Position numbers and translations under genes: made by a program
In this document: positions 26,124-40,000 of the stretch, piece after piece
How the letters are laid out: every line of letters begins with the position of its first letter
How positions within the stretch are numbered: the first letter of the stretch is position 1
The notes under the pieces: generated by a model
The model's database searches: none
What the model was told of the DNA's origin: nothing
What the model saw: the letters and a program-made list of their open reading frames with translations, nothing else
Assembly: GCF_036321535.1 (NCBI RefSeq)
Contig: NC_087437.1
Span: 81,594,001-81,658,000 of the forward strand
Source: Camelus dromedarius
Lineage: Eukaryota
Direction: 5' to 3'
DNA: 64,000 bases

Positions 26124-28549
26124 TGTTCTTAGCTTTTATTAATTCATCTTGAGCTTACTCTTTCAGGAGTTCAGAGGATTACAGTTTCTATTTTGGACAA
26201 CAGCATGGTGTAGGGAAAAGTATTACCGGCCTGAGCACCAGGTGACCTTGGTTCTAACACAACTTTCCACTGGCTGTGTGATCTTAAGTAAATGAAGGTC
26301 CCACCCAGCTCTAAATTATCTGAAGCTACTCCCATGTCCTAGATCTTCCCAGATTAGAATCCCTTAGGGTAAGGGAACCATTCCAGAATATGTAGAAGTT
26401 AGCTAGAAAGCTTGCACATGAACAAGTACAAACTGTAGGAATGAATCACTCCAGCTCAGCACTTACTGAGCACCCATCAGGTGGCTCAGGAAGTTCCCAA
26501 ACTAGGATGAGTCTTGGTGCCATAAAGCTACATACACTGTGGTATGGAACACAGGACAGTAATAAATCCTGCTAAGCCTTGAGTAATTTAGGTAAGATTT
26601 AGGTAAGGAAATGGGGACACCAAAAAACACACACACACACAAAACCTAAGTGAAGGCACATAATGAGTCTGAGCTGAAAATAAGCCATCCAAGTATAGAG
26701 TCTAGCAAGATGAAGCTATTTGTTTTGTTTTTTTTAAACTGGTAAGGAGACGCCGATAGTGGAACTATGTGTTTGAGAATTATCAGCCTATGTTTAAGAC
26801 CATGCATGTGAATGAGATTACATCAGGACAAAAAGGACTAAAAAAAAACTGGGAAATATCACCCTCTATGGGATAAAGGTGGCAATGCAAAAGGGGTCAC
26901 TGAGATGGTAACACCAAGGTCACACTGATGGTGTTGGGTTTCAAGGAGCCAAATGGACAGGTTTGCAAAGAGATGGTTAATAATCTCTGCCAAGGAACTG
27001 TCACTAGAATGGTGAGGGGAGAATCTGGCTACAAGGGTCTGAAAAGTGACTGAAAGACAAGAATTAACTAGTGAATAGAAATGACTCCTTTAAGAAACTG
27101 AGTGAAAAAGAATGAGTTTTTTAACAGTATGGCATGGTTTTTGTTTTGTTTTGAGGGAGAAACTTTGAGAATGATCCTACAGATACAATAAGGGAAAGAA
27201 TAGTTGTGCACAATGAATACATTTGCAGGGTTTAAAATATTGCAAGAAGAGCTAGGATCACAACACTTGAAACATTACTGCACCTTCCCCACCATGCTCC
27301 ACTCTTCCAGATTTTTGGTCATTTGATAAATTACAAATGAGCTACGAAGTAATCATTGAACAAGAGTTAATGTCCTTGTATGTATGTGTTTTAGGCATTT
27401 GACTGTAGATCTAGAGCTTAATTTTTTAATTTGTGGTTTTAACAAGGCCATTTTATACTAAGTGCCTTCTCTTCAACAACTACCTTTTATTTACCTTCCA
27501 ATCTTCACTCAAAAAGAAGAAAAGCTGAATGAAGATAATAATTTGGCAAGAAATAGGAAGCTGTGACAAAAAGGTATGTATAAGGAATAGAGGAGAAAAG
27601 CCCGTATTAAGCCTGTTGCCCTGGCAATATGTTTGGCCAGTGCAGAGATCACAGAATGCACATCTTTTCCCTTTCCATCCCCTGCCTTCATCAGACCCCT
27701 TCACCACCAAAACCTATACAGCAGTGCTTATGAAGCAGCATAAAAGATGAAAAACTAGTGCCAGTAGAGCAGAACATTCATCCTGAAACCTAAACTCCTG
27801 TCTAAACCCTTTTTTAAAAAGGGTCTAAATCCCTTTTTAGGGTGTTTTGCACAGATCTGGTAGCAGCAAGGAGTCCCCTAAATTGATGCCACAGTCTGAC
27901 TACTATTTAGTCATTTTAAACCCTGGAATGTTAATTTATTCACTTGAAACCAATGCAACACCCATTATCTGTTAACTCTCAACTTCAAACAAGCTCAGTC
28001 AGAGTCAAGCCACATTTTCATTTTCATGACTGACTGCACATCCTGACTTATTGCAGCATCTGTTGTTATGCTTGTGAAGGAATCAGTTCCATTAGCTGAA
28101 TGTGTTACCTCATCTAAACTGCAGGGGACAGATGTCTTAACATGTGGATAGTGGGCTTCAAAGTATTAGACAAAAAAGTATCATTGCCTAACTAACTCAC
28201 TGAAAGAGTACAGGGGAATGACAGTTGTTTACACCTTTTCCATGGCCTTGGGCTGCAGTCTTCTCCCACTTCATGTGGACCAAATCCAGCATTCATTTTG
28301 ATCAGATACCATTTTTCTTCAAGGTGGAATCAGGGGCCATGTTACCACTTACTTTCTAAGAATAAAATATTACATACTAATAGGAGATGCCTACTCCATA
28401 CACAGTCTTCAGATGCACCAGAAGGCAAGATGGCCTGGTAACAGCAAAAGGACAAGAAGACATGCATTTATGATGATGAAATACAAAAACAAGCTTTAGA
28501 ATCCGTCTGCCTCTGGCTGTTGTAGGAATGCTGTATAAAGGTGAAGTAT

Positions 28550-29725
28550 CTTTTCAAAGAGGAAATCAGAAAATACCTCAAGACATACGTAAATAAGAAT
28601 GCAACTTTCCAAAAATCTGTGGGATGCAGCATAACAGTTCTATGGGACGTTGCGCTGTATACCAGAAATTGACACATTGTAACTGATGGTACTTCAATTA
28701 AAAAAAAAATAACAGTTCTAAGAGGGACGTTTATAGCAATACAGGCCTACTCAAGAAACAAAAAAGATCTCAATCTACATCTAAAGGAATTAGAAAAAAC
28801 AAAAACAAAAAACAAAGCCCAAAGTCAGCAGAAGGCAGGAAATAATAAAGATCATAGAAGAAATAAATAGAAACAAACAAGAGAAAACAGAAAAGACCAA
28901 TGAAACCAAGAGCTGGTTTTTTGAAAAGATAAAACTGACAGGCCTTTAGCCAGGCTCTTTAAGAAAAAAAGAGAACCCCCAAAAAAGAAATGAAAGAGGA
29001 GAAATTATAACCAATGTCAGAGATTTAAAAAAAGAGAGAACACTATGAAGAATGATATGCCAACAAATGGGACAACCTAGAAAAAATTCTAGAAACATAC
29101 AATCTTTCAAGACTGAATCAAGAAATTGACACTCTGAACAGGCCAATCATTAGCAGTGAAATTAAATTAGTAATTTTAAAACTCCAAGCAAACAAAAGTC
29201 CAGGACCAGACAGCTTCACAGCGGAAAGCCACCAAAATACAAAGAAGAGCTAATACCTGTCCTCAAACTATTTCAAAAAAGAGGAGGGAGCACTCCCCCA
29301 AATTCATAAGGCCAGCATCAATCACCCTGATACCAAAATGAGACAAAGACACTATAAAAAAGAAAATTACAGGCCAGTGTCTCTGATGAAAATAGATGCA
29401 AAAATCCCCTACAAAGTATCAGCAAACCAAATTCAACAATATATAAAAAGGATCATACACAGTGATTCAAGTAGGATTTATTCCAGGGATGCAAGGATGG
29501 TCCAATATCTGCAAATTAATCAATGTGATACACCACATTAACAAAAGGAATAAAAATCACACGATCATCTCAATAGATAATGGAAAAACCATTTGACAAG
29601 ATTCAACATCCATTCATGATTAAAACTCACCAAAGTTGGTATAGAGGGAACATCCTTCAACATAATTTATGACAAACCCATAGCTAACATCCTAATGGTG
29701 TAAAGCTGAAAGCTTTTCCTCTAAA
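28550..29725 (+). mobile_element. L1 ORF2 internal fragment, degraded
   Basis: Translates to [17 protein letters not shown]...[13 protein letters not shown] (L1 RT N-terminus) with frameshifts. Confidence 0.92.
28643..28708 (+). mobile_element. 66-bp extreme 5'-truncated L1 insertion with perfect 12-bp TSD
   Basis: ATAACAGTTCTA at 28631-28642 and 28709-28720 flanks an L1 3' tip plus A tail. Confidence 0.88.
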
Positions 29726-29963
29726 ATTATGAATAAGAAGTGGAATGGCGTCATGGATGTATACATGTGTTAAATTCTGCCAAGCTGTACACTTAAAGTC
29801 ATTTGCCCTTTTCACTTGAACCCTCCTGAGTACACTGTGCTGTTTCTCAAAGGTCAAATTGCACATGATAATGTCATCATCCTTATAGCTAATTGTGTGT
29901 TCATGTATTCTTTTAAAATTCTGTCTTATTTTCCAATATGGTAAATATCTATACAGATGTAAA

Positions 29964-30156
29964 CAGCAGTGTGCTAGAGCAGAACTGCACCAGCACACAA
30001 GTGCTGACTGCGCACCTATTCCCAGCTCTGTGTTGAGGTGTTACATTGATCACTTGAGTTTGGTAGTAAGTACGCCATGGAAATTGGCAAATGCTACCAC
30101 AAAATCGACTTTTTCTCCAACAGCTGGTTGTTAAACATTTACCAGTTCACCACTAG
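29964..30156. mobile_element. MER63A-like hAT MITE
   Basis: CAGCAGTGTGCTAGAGC...GGAAATTGGCAAATGCTAC...GGTTGTTAAACATTTACCAG..CACCACT; an isolated end of the same family lies at about 48014-48045. Confidence 0.7.
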
Positions 30157-30946
30157 CTATAACGTACATAAACAAAAGCTCAATGGAATTAATTTTTAAT
30201 TGTGTAAAAGGACTCTGAGAACCATTAGGCTAAAAACTGGCCTTTACGAAGCTAAAAGTGTTACCAGGGAGAAAGCAAAAAGACTTTCAGACATTTATCT
30301 TGACAAAATCTTTGGCAGAGACTCACACTTCACTGGACTTGACCAAATTATGCCACAGCCATTCTCCCAGGGGGCTCATGGCTGAAACAGTGTTTCCCCT
30401 AAGACCAGGGGGCTCTGAATCATTAGCTCCTTCTTGAATTTGAAGAGCCCAGAGGCTGCTAGGAAGGGTGGGGCTACCATCTCCTCTAACAAACATCACC
30501 TTGCTTCCCACAGCTACTCACAGACCAAAACGTAATGCTTAGGTGCTGCTCAAAGAAGAGTAGCACCAGACCAAGTTTTCTACATAATGATTCCAACTCC
30601 AGCAATGTCAATGTATCAGGTGATTAACCACCAGGATACCAAGACCTGATACTTCACTGACTGCTTTGAGGCACCTCAAAGGTTTACAGCCATCCCTCCT
30701 CCTGCCCTTCAGTGCCAGCCGCGTCCTTTGTGACTGTTCACTGTGGTGTGGAGAGTATCAGCATCAGCTGATGCTCCATCAGCTCTATCATCTCAGACTC
30801 CTTTCCCAGGAAGAGAAAAGGCTGAAATTTAAAAAAAAAAAAAAAAGAAAGAAAGAAAGAAAAGAATCTCCATTAAGGAATTCGGCAGGGAGTTGATAAT
30901 GTTGCAGAAACATATCTTCTGTTTCATGGCACATTGAAAACAAACA

Positions 30947-31038
30947 TTAGGGCTTTTTTGCTTCCACTGCATAGAGGTCTGATCGCTTCTGGCTAAAAAT
31001 GGGGATTTGCTGGCGTATTTCAGCCAACTTCGTCAGGT
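30947..31038 (-). CDS. NIT2: NIT2 exon 10 coding part, to TAA
   Basis: ttgcag|AC...[33 protein letters not shown]. Confidence 0.96.
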
Positions 31039-34000
31039 CTGCAAAAACAGGAAAGTGCACTATTAATAAGAATGTAATTCCTTATTGACCAACAGGAATT
31101 TCCTCCCCAAACAGTATAAAAACAACCAGAGCCTCAGCAAGTACCTTACAGGCCTGGTCTAGAGGCACAGACAGCCTGGCGCTGCCCCTGGGGTCATTTC
31201 ACACCAACCCAAGAAAACTCAGGCTGAGACACAGGCCCAGGGCCTGGCCAGAGAACCAAGGGTAAGTGAGGGGGTGGGGCATAAAGGAGCCCCTCCAGGT
31301 GACAGGGGTTTCACAGCTTTAGAATCTGGCCTCAAAGCTATGGGGACCCCAGGGACCTAAGCTGTGCCGGAGCAATCTTACCTATGTCTGAATACACGAT
31401 CGTTTCTTCAGTGCCAGCTTGGGCGAGGACCTCCCCCCTGAAAAAGATTCAGGCGAGGATGAGTGGATCCACTGATGTCTCCTGGTATTCAAGATCTCTC
31501 TGTTTCTCCTCCCCACCTCACAGGTCATAGGGGAAGGAATCTGAGTTTTACAACAAGAAGGTGGGGCATAAATTCCTGTTCTATGATTTAAGTAGCTGTG
31601 TGGCCTTGCAGCAAGTCATCTGGAATCTCCATTCCTAATCTATACAGTGGAAATAAAAGCTCTGTGTGGACTTAGTGAGAAAATTATAGAGTATGTTTTG
31701 TAAACTGCATACTGCTAGGGAATGGTAGTTACTCTAAGATGTGATGGAAGAAATGTTCACATACGAGGTATGGGGAAGTCATTCTGGCTTATACATCATT
31801 TACCATAAACTTTATGCTAACTAGAGCAGCCCACCGTGCAGCCTATCAAACAGACATTGTACATCTGCTTTAACCGTTAAAGAAAAGGGTGCACTGTCCA
31901 GAAGTAAGGAGTCCATTTTGAGAACAGAGATAAATGCCTCCCTTCCTGGGACATCCCACCTGGGGACGGTGGGGTGAGGCCTGGGCAGGGCCCAGATCTG
32001 CTTGGATCATCCCTGGATTCCTAGGCTCATGGTTTTCGGTTTTTGAGGGAAAGGTTTCAACTTATGGGGCCTGGGTAGAGTGGTGGAACCAAACCCTGGC
32101 AGGAACCACACACTTGGAAACAGCAATGCTCCATAAATTGAGGGAAAGGCTAATCTGGAAAGCTATTTCCAGTGCTGAGTCTCTTGGCCCAAAACAGGGC
32201 TTCAAAAACATCTGTGAAATGAAATTTCTCCAAAGCACGAAACAAAGCAATCTGAGATAACAAGCAATCTGACATAAAAACTGGTTCCATTTAACAGATG
32301 GTCACAGATTTTTGGCACAGTGAGCTACTAACACTGTCATTAATGCCATTTAACTGAATCCTTTTCTAGTCTCTTTTATTTCTTCGCCCACGTGCCCTGG
32401 CATCCAAAGATCTCTATGTTAACCCCAGGCACCTATGCCAACACTAACATAAGCCAGGGGGCCCACAGACCTATCGGGGAATTCTGAAAGTGATATAAAG
32501 GTAAATCTTACACAACTACTGTGTGTCAGAAGCAGTCAGCTTGATCGGTAACAGAGTTCCTCAGGAGAACTAGTGGGGAGCAGAGCTGCCCCAACAGTCA
32601 GGAAGCCAATCACTAACATCTGGGCAGAGGAACCTGAATCAAGTTTGAGGAAATTTTCAAGCCAAATCAGTGCTTCCAGTCTTTCAGTGTCCCCCAAGTC
32701 CTAATGCAAAAGAGGATCACTGGGAGTCTCTCCCTGGTCGTAGCTTCCAAGGCCTTCCCCCTAACACACTTTGATCTTTGGGTCCTATAAGGTCAGACGA
32801 GGAACCTTCAGGAACCCCACCATGATACTTAAGCCATCACAGCCTTGTTACTGGCACATTTATCCTGAAACTGTAGCGATACCTACCTGTGTGTGTGTTC
32901 GTAATCATACAGACACACAACAAGTGGTATGGAATACATGGAAGTTCTGAGTTCAAGCGCTGGATCCAAACACTAGTTCTAGCCACTTCATCCTGTGACC
33001 GTCAAGTCTACCATCTATAAACTGAGTTTAATAAAGATAAGTCCCTGAGAGTTCAAGTTGAGATAATGTGTGTGAAAGTGCTGTGTAAACTGTACAAATG
33101 CCGGTAAGATGTGTCTGTTAACATAGGACTGTGTATGTAACTGGGCAGACCTCCATGCTGGTTTCACTAAGTAATAAAATGCTTTACTTTCTCACAGAGG
33201 ACAAACTCACAGCTCCCCTAATTCAATCCATCCTCCACTCTCCACTAATCATTATACAGGGAGCAAAATCCTCACCCTGTAACTCATTCCTGTCCTGGAA
33301 CCAGTGACCCAGTCTAAATTTTAACCAAAAGCAAAGATTTGGGGAGCTTCTTTTACTAAAACCACCCACCTGTTACTGCCACGTTGTTTCCAAGTTTGAT
33401 TGACAACGAAACACATAGAAACTCAGAAGAGGGCTAAGGCCAAGCACTCAGCCAGGAGAGCAGGACTCTCTCTCTCCATGGTTTTAGAGTGGAATCTTCT
33501 CTCACAGAGAGAGGAAGAGACCAGGCAGGCGTGTGGGGTCTGGGGGTGGAGGGAGGGGCAGGGCCAGTCAGGAATCAGACAACCCACCTGCCCAACTGCC
33601 ATCTCTCTCGAGCTCCTGCTGAGCCTGTCCCTGCTTAGCCAACTCACCAAGGAGTCACAACGGTACTATGTCCCCAGGCGACATAGGACGCTTTGTCATC
33701 CCGGGCAGGAGATGCTGTGGCCACATACACTTGATTGTCAACAGCACTGTAGTCAATGGACAGAAAAAAGGTAAATCATACATTACATAGATCTGTGACA
33801 TTTTTCTATCCTAAGTGTACAGATCCTACTTTAAAAAAGTAGGACAGGAAGACAACAACAAGAACAACAAAAACAACTAGGACAGGACAGGCTGGCTTGG
33901 ATGAGAGAAATATCCAAAGCCATGGAACATCTCCTCAAAAAACATCTTACTGCATAAGCCAGCACCCCACTGGGGCAGTTCTGCCCAGCAGGGGACACTT

Positions 34001-37000
34001 GCCAACGTCTGGAGTCCTTTTCGACTGTCATGACTAGGGGGTTGCTATTGGCACCTAGTGGGTAGAGGCCAGGGCTGCTGCGAAACACCCTACAACACAC
34101 AGGACAGCCCCCACAAGAAAGAATTATCTAGTCCAAAATGTCGATACTGCCACAGGTGGGAGACCCTGGCCTGAGCCAGCCTGTAACATGTAAAAGAGCA
34201 AAGCTTCTCTGGTGGAGGCAGTCGAGGTGTCAGAGAAAAGGCAATGGCCTCGCTGGGACAAACACCTTGCAGGGCTGCAGGGCGCTGCCATGCCAGTGGC
34301 GGCAGTCCCACCATCTCAAATGAGGCAAGAATTTCAGAGGGCAGCCCAGGTGCACCAAGCCACCTGACCCAGAGCCCTCTGGGCTCGATCAGCAGATCCA
34401 CACCAGGTTGTCCCAGTCTCTCCCAAGCGTTTCTTGCTCTCGACAGACAGCACTCATGAATACTCAAGGCGTCACATGCCCCACCCCACCCTCCACCATG
34501 CAACCCGCCAGACACTTCCACATGCCTTCCAATTGCCATCATCTGTAGAAGTGAGCAGAGGGACCCACCTCTGGGCAGAGAGAGAAGAGTACTGACTGAG
34601 AAGGAGCAAAAGGGAACATTCCAGGCACGAAGAATGTTTCAGATGCTGATCTTGCTCACAGGTGAATACATAAGTAAAAATTCCCTGACCTGTAAACTTA
34701 AAACCAGTACGCATTTCCCTGAGTATATAGTACCTCAGTTTTAAAAACCTTTTATGAAAAAAAGCGATCTCTGACCAGCATTTCATGGTTTACAACCCAC
34801 TTCGCACAGTCACTCCTTTTCCCTTCCACGTTACACCCACCTCTGTGACCTGCCCTTCACCACTCCTCAGCCTCAGGGAACTGAGGAAACAGCAGCTGTG
34901 ACACATGCCTCGTATACCTGTGCGGTGCTCGGGACATAGAGGTTAGAAGAACTTACGAAGGGTTTCCTGGCGGTGTACCAAGGCCAGCAGGAGGTTGTGG
35001 AGGACGGAGCAGGATTAGCACCCAATCTGAGCAGCACAGGGTCAGCGGAGTGAAGACCACAAATCTCTCCCTAGGGCTGTCAGGCTAAAATAACCCCTGC
35101 CTTTTCCTTGGCTTCTGGGGCTCTGAACACATACATTCTGTGGATCTCCAATTCTCTGTAAAAGTTGCTGGCAACTCTATCAGAAACACCAATCCGTATC
35201 TGACCACAGAAATATGAAATCACTGTCCACTCGATGCAGTGCTCTTGGAAATGCAAAAATCACAGTCCCCAAAATCCATGAGATTGGTGGTACTGTGGCT
35301 TCTGAGAAGGTGCCCAACAGCAGAGGCCCTCCTTTTGGACTGGAAGATGAAAAGATGCATCTTTTTGAAGTGCATTTGGATGCTGGGGCATCCTGAGTTA
35401 GGGGCAGCATTCCATATGGGGAAGGTTGGTACTTCCACCAAACTGGAAACGCTTCCTCAAAGAAACTCTGAAATGCCTGAAGGTATTCTTGAGATGCTTT
35501 CTTACCGGCCTCGCTGAAGCAATTCCCAGTGAGCTGGTCCGGTGGTCAAATTAAAAGCTCCAGGATATACCAACAGCTGGCAGCCTTGGGGAGAGAAGGG
35601 CCACAGAAGAGTGGATGCAGGTGGACATCCAACCACCACTAGTCCTTCCCTTTGTTCCTTCCCCAGCCGGGACCAAACTCAAACTTTCCCAAGCATGAGA
35701 AGATGCAGCCAAGTCAGACAGTGTCGGCAGCATTAAGTATGGCTCTAAATTCCTTAGAGACACACAAAACACATACACACAAGAAAAGTGGTGCTGATAA
35801 CCAAAACCACAACACATGACTTCTCTTAAAAAAAGTGGGAAACTGTCATTCAGATTCCTCTCAGAACCAAACAGTCAGCTATGACAGCCAAGGACCATGT
35901 TTTTAATGCTTTTCAACTGAAATGAGGGGCAGGACAGGTGCTCTAACGCTTACCTCTAAGACTCAACTGAGACTGCCAAACCAGAGACCTTGCGCCTCCC
36001 CCTTTTGCTGAGCAGAGTAAGTTATTTGCACCCACTGCACTTTAAGTGCCAAATGAACAGGAAACAGAGCACCTTCAGCAGTCTAGGAGGGAAGCTAATA
36101 TTTGCTGAGTACCATACGAGGGGGTTTATGAGCTCTCTCCTTAATCCTCACACCATTTCTATGAGAAAACTGGACCCACACTGCTCTAGGGAGTAAGTAA
36201 TTTACCGTAAGTATTGTGCCAATCAAGGGGAAGAGATGGAATCAGAACCCAGATCTGCTCTGGCTCGGTGCTTCTCCAAGATGGCAGGACACGCTTTACC
36301 TGGACCAGATGTCACTGACTACATCCCTACTGCACCCATCATCTAGGACCAGTGAGTGGTTAAGCCATGAGCACATAAGCCATTTCTGTCGGGCCCCGAA
36401 TGACTCTTTCCAAACACAGTAGCAGGAAGGGCTTGAAGGTAGAGCAGATGTTTAGTTTAGAAGCACAGCTCCTGTCTTAGCTGTGTAGTGTATTAAATTA
36501 CAATCTCTGAAAAACTGTATTACCCAAACGCAGCAGAAGTCTGAGAAGCCAGATGGGGCAGAGAGAATTAAGACCTCTCCTCCAGGTTTCCTGACCAAAG
36601 GCTCCCTCCACCCACATGACCAGCCCAAACCGAGCCTCCCATCACCCACATGACCGTCATGCTGCCTCACCTCTCTGCGCGTAGATTTGTGCCAGCTCTG
36701 CAAAGCGGAGGTCGTAGCAGATGCCGAGGCCCACTCTGCAGTAAGCTGTTTTCCAAACAGAAAAGGTACAAACAAAATGTTAACCCCCTGCAGCCTGGGG
36801 CAGCAGGAGCAAGCCTCCATGACCTAATGAGCACAAAATACTGGCGGGAATACATCGACGCAGGGCCCGCGGACAGAGAAAATTCATAAGCTTATTCCTG
36901 CTTGGACTTTAGCTCATGAAGAGGTCATTTACGTCAGCAGAGCAGAGATGAGAAATTCGTTCCAATTGAATACCTCTTATCTAAATGGGAGGTGTTCAAC

Positions 37001-40000
37001 CACCACTGAACAGGTACGGGCTGGACACTGACATACTAATAAAAGGCTATGACCAAAATGGAGGGCAAAATCATGTCAAACCCTTGGCTCTCCATTCAGT
37101 CCACCCTTTCTAGATCTCTGGCCATCCGCTGCCCTTCTCACTTCTGGTCTTCAGTCAGGTTTTATAAAAAAGTTGGGGAGGGACAGAAGAGAAGAGCAAA
37201 GGAACACCTGATCTTCTTCCAGTGGGACTGCTAAAAGGGGTGAACTTATCTTGTACGTACGAGTATCAAATGTGGAGAAACTATCACCAGGACTCAGTGT
37301 TTTAGATTCTTGAAATGTGATTTTCCCAGGAACATCAATGTCAAACAGATGGAGCTGCAGCACAAATAATGGATTTGGTTACCTCCTTTCCAGCAGGGGG
37401 TGTGGCAGTAACAACAAACGTCCTTCCACAGCCAGCGGTGGGGGTGCCAACTGGATAAGCAGCACCCCGGCCTGCCCATAACCCAGTCCGCAAGCTGACC
37501 GTCATCGTATCAAAACAAACTCTAACACAGGGAACTGGAAAAAATAATGCTGTAGGTTTTATGACCCCTCCTTTCCTCAGTGGTGCGCAAATCAACATCT
37601 AAGTTTCTTATGGAAAACAATTAATGTGTTGCTTTTTTAGTTGGTATAAAAGCTAAATGAAGATTTCTCAGAATCAGAATCACACTGACACATTGGCAGG
37701 AGAGGTGAAGAGTGAGTGAGTGATCAAAAATAGGTAAAATTTTACAAACCAAATGCAGCAATACATATAAAAAGTAACACATCACTCCCAAATTCAGTTT
37801 ATTCAAGGAAAGCAAATGTGATTTAACATGAGAAAACAACGTAATTTACCACACTAAAAAAGGAGAAAAATCACATGATCACCATAAGAGGTGCATAATG
37901 GGAATCTGGTAAAGTTCTACATACATTCTTATTTATAAAAAACGAAAGAGAAAATCTCTTCAAGGAAGGGAACCCCCTTAATCTGATAAAGAATATCTGC
38001 CAAAAACCCTAAAGAAACATCATATTTAGTGGTGAAATATTAAAACCCTTCTCCTATTGAGATCAGAGACAAGGTAAGGACACCTGCTATTCAACACTGT
38101 ACCAGAGGTCCTACCCAAAGCAACAAAGCAAAAGAAAGGAATAAAAAGTACAAGGAGTAGAAAGAAAGTGAACTATTATTCTCAGATGATATAACTGTGT
38201 ACCTAAGAAATGTCAACGGAAATCTACAGGTAAATTATTAGAATGAATGAGTTTGGCAAGGGTACTATATACAAGGTCAGTATTTTTTAAATTAGTTGTA
38301 TTATTATATACTAGCAAGAAACAGAGGCTAGAAGGGCATCAAGAAACACCAATTAGGAATAAATCTAGCAAATGATATACAAGACTTTACCCAAAAATTA
38401 TTTTAAAAATTTGAGAGAAATTAAAGAAAGCCTATAAATAAATGGAGATTTTATAACTATCTATGTATCTCATATTCATGGGCTGGAAAACTCAATCCTG
38501 AAAGCATGCACTTTTCAAAACATAAGAGCTGGGTTAATAGCTCAATGTTGGGTCTTCTTTCAGTAACGGCAGAGTGGCTCCTATCAGACCAGCTTTCTCA
38601 CAGATAACTGTGCACTCTGGACAAAATAAAAAACTATTTAAAGACACTTGAGAAAAATTAAAATCACACAAAAAGAGAAGTCAACATGTGGAAGAAGGGA
38701 ATGGCACTGGCTGAGTTTCCCATTTATCTACAGCTTTTAGTTGGAAACAAGGCCCCGGCTGTTGCTCCAAGTGGTGGTGACAGCTACCCACAATCACACT
38801 AGCTGAGGAACCAGAGGTTGGAGTTCACGGCAGCTGTAAAGAGAGGAGGAAATCCTGAAAGGGAGAAAGCCAAAGAACAACAACTAATATTTTACATATA
38901 AAATCTGTCCAGATTTCTGGCTAACCAATGAACTAAAGATGCGTGAGGCAGACTCCAAGCAGCCCAGCAGACACTACACAACTTCACAACAGAACAGAGC
39001 AGCTGAAGTTGCTGCCCACTTCACAAAGGAAAGAGTTTGGTGTTTGAGTATGCCCAAATTAACTACTTGCTAAAACAAAGAGTTCAACACTTTTCAGAGG
39101 TATGTAATGGCAGCTAGAATCTCAATAAAATACAGCTCAAAATTACTAGACACACAAACATCTAAAAGAAATCTAAATCTAGACCTAAAATGTAAAGAAA
39201 AGGCAGCAATGGAGCAGACCCCAACAAGACCCAGATGTGATACTTACCAAAGACTTTAAGGCAGCTAGTGAAACCAAGCTCAAGAGTGTAAGGAAAAATA
39301 TGCTCTTAATGAATAAACAATAGGAAATATCAGTAGAGAATAAAAGCTACAAAAAAGAACAAAATGAAAGTTTTAGAAATGAAAAATACAATAGCTGAAA
39401 TTTTAAAACATTTCACTGGTTTGGTTTACAGGAGATTGGAGATTACAGAAGAAAGACTTGGTGAACCTTAAAATAGATCAATGGAAAATGTGCAGTCTGA
39501 AGAAGACAAAGATAAAAGGTTGAAAAACAAAAATAAAAACCAGCTTTAGTGACCTAGTTTGGTGAACAGTATCAAAACTGGAGTCACTGGGACAGAAAAA
39601 TATTTAACAAAATAATGCTCCCAAGTTTCCTACATACAATGAAACACTTAAATTTACAGACTCAAGAAACACAAAGCATGACAAATACAAAGAAAATCAT
39701 AGGTAGGAATATAAGAGTCAAAACGCTGAGAACTAAAGCTTACAAAAAGACCTTGCAAGCAGGCAGAGAAAAACACAAATTGCATGTGGGAGAACAATAC
39801 AAATTACCAGTGCTTATGGTGGGGGAGGGGGGAGAAGCCAGAAGATGACTGAATAATGAATAAGGTCTCTTAAACTTCCAAGGAAAAAAGAAAACTGTCA
39901 ACCCAGAATTCTATTCCATCAAATTGTATCTCAAGAATAAAGGCAAAGTAAAGATATATCCGTAAATAAAAACTAAAAGAATTCATAGCTAGCAAATCCT

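Noticed and set aside
28000..28130. Minus-strand peptide SLDEVT...SITTDAA resembling hAT transposase motifs
   Set aside because: Motifs are far closer together than in hAT transposases and the frame is short with stops; cannot be supported without a tblastn/Dfam search.
28201..28355. Exon-like segment downstream of NIT2 (ttcttag|...|gtgagt on the minus strand)
   Set aside because: No recognisable protein in the frames read, lies beyond the NIT2 stop, and no partner exons were found.
29338..29541. Reverse-transcriptase-like ORF
   Set aside because: Frameshifted remnant of L1 ORF2, not an intact or domesticated gene.
33400..36900. Cluster of 60-150 aa ORFs in NIT2 introns and antisense to exons
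   Set aside because: No recognisable domains; they overlap MER20 or are off-frame/antisense shadows of NIT2 exons in GC-richer DNA.
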